NCBI GenBank assembly: GCA_047456305.1
Contig: CP179888.1
Coordinates: forward strand, 509,307 to 573,306
DNA from: Candidatus Nealsonbacteria bacterium
Lineage (GTDB): Bacteria > Patescibacteriota > Minisyncoccia > Minisyncoccales > CAZKCU01
Direction: 5' to 3'
DNA: 64,000 nt
Part shown: in pieces, positions 61,619-64,000 of the stretch
How the letters are laid out: each line of letters begins with the position of its first letter
Position numbering within the stretch: position 1 is the first letter of the stretch
The notes under the pieces: generated by a model
Told to the model about the DNA's origin: nothing
What the model saw: the letters and a program-made list of their open reading frames with translations, nothing else
Databases searched by the model: none
Made by a program: the position numbers and the translations under genes

Positions 61619-64000
61619 TTCAAAAAAAGCAGCAATTTTTCAGGCATTAATTTGGGAGAGAGCTTTTCGATTGGCTATATTCCTTAAAAAATTCTTTTTA
61701 ATTTTATTTATTTTTACTTTTTTAATATTTTTATATGGATTTCTGACAGAAAACTTTAGCCAATCAGCCCTTTCTCTTTTATTTGGTTTTTCGATAATCT
61801 TTTTGACATTGACAATTATTCTCTGGATAAAGATACTCTTTTTTGACTTAAAACTAAAGAGGCCGAAATTGAAAATAACAATTCAGGAAGCCCAAAATAG
61901 TCTGGAGGAAGGCGATGAACCTTCGGTTCATCTTCGCTCAGCCCAAGGGGGCTTCGTAGGCGATGAACTTCGTTCATCTTCACGCTTCGCTGACGCTCGC
62001 GTATATAATTTAGCTGAGTTTTTAAGTTTTGAGGTAGCTAAAAGTATTCGGCAGGCAATTAAATTCTCTAAAAAGAGAAAACTTGCCAAGATTCCTTCTG
62101 AAGCCCTACTTTACTTCTTATTAAAAGGGTGGCCCCGGGCAAATTTTATATTCTCTCGAGCCCTCTTAAATCTAAAAGAGATTAAAAAAGAATTGAAAAA
62201 TTATTTGGATAGTTTAAAAAGCAAGAAGTTTCAAGAAATTTTTTCTGAAGATTTTCAAAAAGTAATTTTAGAAGCTTTAAAAATTGCTCAAAGAAAAGGT
62301 CATCAGACCATTGAAATGGGGGATATTTTAACCAGCCAGAGCAAAATTGACCCGACTTTCAAAAAACATCTAATTGTCATGGATATCAAGACCCGGGACA
62401 TTGAAAATTTAACCAGCTGGTTAGAAAGTTTGGAAGAAAGAATTTCAGAGAGAAAAAAATTTTGGGAATACAAAAATTTGGCCAAAAAAGGAAGTTTAGC
62501 CAAAGAATGGGCGGCAGGTTACACTCCTACTTTAGACCAATATTCAATTGATTGGACTAATTTTATTAAAAAGAGAGGATTTGAGGAGATTATTGGCCAT
62601 AAATCAGCTATTGAGCAAATTACCCGGATTTTGGCTAAATCAGAAATTAATAATGTTTTATTAGTAGGTGAACCAGGAACCGGTCGAGGAGCTACTATCC
62701 AGGCCTTGGCTCAAAGAAGTCTTTTTGGCGAGAGCTTACCCAATTTAAATTATAAAAGAGTGGTTGAATTAGATATGACTTCTTTATTGACTCGAATTGA
62801 AAAACCTGAAGAGATAGAAGCAATTTTAGACCTAATTTTTCGAGAAGTAATTTTTGCGGGAAATATTATTTTAATAATTAATGAGTTCCATAATTATGTT
62901 GGCCAGCTGGCCAGACCAGGGATTATCGACATTTCTGGAGTTCTAGTTCCTTATCTAAGATCTCCCCAGTTTCAGATTGTTGCCATAACTACCTTTATAG
63001 GTTTGCATAAATATATTGAGCAAAATCCATCCATTTTATCTTTATTTGAAAAAGTTGAAGTTTCTGAAATTTCAGCCAAAGAGACAATTAGGCTTTTGGA
63101 AAATCAGGCTTTAATTCTTGAACAAAAATATAGAAAGTTTGTTTCCTATCTGGCAATAAGAGAAATAGTAAATTATTGCCAGAAATATTTATCAGCCATT
63201 CCCTTTCCAAAATCAGCAATGAATCTCTTAGATGAAATTATGGTCTATTTGGTCAGTGAGACAAAAGAGCAAATTTTATTACCAAAACATGTGGCCGAAG
63301 TTGTTTCTGAAAAAATTCAAATCCCGGTGGGAGAATTAAAGGTCAGGGAGAGAGAAATTTTGTTAAATTTAGAAAATTTGATTCATCAGAGAATTATTGA
63401 CCAAGAAGAGGCAGTAAATGAAGTTTCAGCAGCTATGAGAAGGGCTAGGGCTGGCTTTACCATAAGGTCAGGGCCAATGGGTTGCTTCTTATTTTTAGGT
63501 CCAACCGGAGTAGGGAAGACTGAAACTTCCAAAGCTCTGGCCGAAATCTACTTTGGTTCAGAAGAGAAAATGATAAGATTAGATATGTCAGAATTTCAGG
63601 ATACTCGAGATATCCCAAGATTAATTGGTTCTGCCTCAAAAGAGGGTCTTTTAACAACCCCGGTTAGAGAAACCCCTTTTTCCTTAATTTTACTCGATGA
63701 AATTGAGAAGGCCCATCCAAATATCTCAAATTTATTTTTACAGGTTTTTGATGAAGGCCACTTGACCGATGGATTAGGCAGAAAAGTTGATTTTAAAAAT
63801 TCAATTATTATTGCTACCTCAAACGCCGGGGCAAAGATTATCTGGGAGGATATTAGATTGAATAAAAAATTAGACATTGTCAAAGAAGATCTCTTGGGCT
63901 ATCTTTTTCAAAAAGGGATTTTCCGACCAGAATTCATTAATCGATTTGATGGAGTAGTTGTTTTCAGACCCTTAACTAAAGAAAACCTTTTAGATATTGC
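61596..64000 (+). CDS. Clp/Hsp100-family double-AAA+ ATPase with an N-terminal membrane anchor (3'-truncated by the window end)
   Basis: Open frame from ATG 61596 to the window end, so absent from the ORF track. Two N-terminal TMs. D1 P-loop GEPGTGRGATIQALAQR. D2 GPTGVGKTETSKALAE, LLDEIEKAHP, IIIATSN and RPEFINRFD. Confidence 0.85.
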   Translation, partial: MVSKFYFNSKKAAIFQALIWERAFRLAIFLKKFFLILFIFTFLIFLYGFLTENFSQSALSLLFGFSIIFLTLTIILWIKILFFDLKLKRPKLKITIQEAQNSLEEGDEPSVHLRSAQGGFVGDELRSSSRFADARVYNLAEFLSFEVAKSIRQAIKFSKKRKLAKIPSEALLYFLLKGWPRANFIFSRALLNLKEIKKELKNYLDSLKSKKFQEIFSEDFQKVILEALKIAQRKGHQTIEMGDILTSQSKIDPTFKKHLIVMDIKTRDIENLTSWLESLEERISERKKFWEYKNLAKKGSLAKEWAAGYTPTLDQYSIDWTNFIKKRGFEEIIGHKSAIEQITRILAKSEINNVLLVGEPGTGRGATIQALAQRSLFGESLPNLNYKRVVELDMTSLLTRIEKPEEIEAILDLIFREVIFAGNIILIINEFHNYVGQLARPGIIDISGVLVPYLRSPQFQIVAITTFIGLHKYIEQNPSILSLFEKVEVSEISAKETIRLLENQALILEQKYRKFVSYLAIREIVNYCQKYLSAIPFPKSAMNLLDEIMVYLVSETKEQILLPKHVAEVVSEKIQIPVGELKVREREILLNLENLIHQRIIDQEEAVNEVSAAMRRARAGFTIRSGPMGCFLFLGPTGVGKTETSKALAEIYFGSEEKMIRLDMSEFQDTRDIPRLIGSASKEGLLTTPVRETPFSLILLDEIEKAHPNISNLFLQVFDEGHLTDGLGRKVDFKNSIIIATSNAGAKIIWEDIRLNKKLDIVKEDLLGYLFQKGIFRPEFINRFDGVVVFRPLTKENLLDI
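61911..62003 (+). repeat. Two tandem nested-hairpin mini-elements in frame inside the Clp-like gene
   Basis: ggcgatgaacc-ttc-ggttcatc-ttcgctcagcccaaggg, then taggcgatgaac-ttc-gttcatc-ttcacgcttcgctgacgctcgcgta. Encodes GDEPSVHLRSAQGGFVGDELRSSSRFADARV. Confidence 0.85.

Noticed and set aside
1878-63883. Numerous 60-105 aa antisense or alternate-frame ORFs inside long genes. Examples: 1878..2066, 4028..4316, 5244..5711, 8055..8285, 8732..8914, 17325..17543, 25138..26205, 36160..36465, 51512..52186 and 63457..63883.
   Set aside because: Each is nested within a well-supported conserved gene on the other strand or frame. They have low-complexity or hydrophobic junk composition and no RBS, as expected by chance in AT-rich DNA.
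1-64000. Alternative genetic code (UGA recoding, as in some CPR lineages).
   Set aside because: TGA terminates rpmG (34021), trmD (33594) and the thyX-like gene (12778) at sensible lengths. Conserved genes show no in-frame TGA.

Overview
AT-rich, gene-dense bacterial window using the standard code (TGA is a stop in rpmG and the thyX-like gene). The reduced housekeeping set, rplK not followed by rplA, K/E-rich tails on ribosomal proteins and many small membrane or hypothetical ORFs suggest a Patescibacteria/CPR (Parcubacteria-like) genome; this is inference only. Recognisable genes: mreB, gatC/gatA (gatB 11 kb away), pheS/pheT, gyrB, secE-nusG-rplK, a dcd/thyX-like/dut-like/tmk/deoC block, miaA/miaB, thrS, dnaE, rnhB, rpmF, nusB, rnc, rpsP, khpA-like, trmD, rpmG, a MacAB-like efflux set, def, pcm, mltG, rplJ/rplL, dgkA, a Clp-family ATPase and 8 tRNAs. 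No rRNA, CRISPR array, transposase or integrase was seen. Main leads: (1) 45.8-50.2 kb holds three TasA/camelysin-family secreted proteins and an archaeal-type SipW-like signal peptidase, preceded by a structured leader. Its promoter architecture is shared with a pseudo-receiver gene and with a fourth, fragmented TasA-like/collagen-like gene at 59.9-61.0 kb. (2) A family of GC-rich nested-hairpin mini-elements (~47 nt, at least 12 copies) lies between genes and in frame inside gatB, def, mltG, a 724-aa protein and the Clp ATPase, with compensatory stem changes between copies. (3) A 2.7-kb R-M plus protease island is flanked by a duplicated rpmG 3' end. (4) A GC-rich 1.7-kb insertion splits rpsP from khpA and carries a duplicated structured RNA motif upstream of two unknown genes. 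All calls come from reading the sequence; no searches were run.
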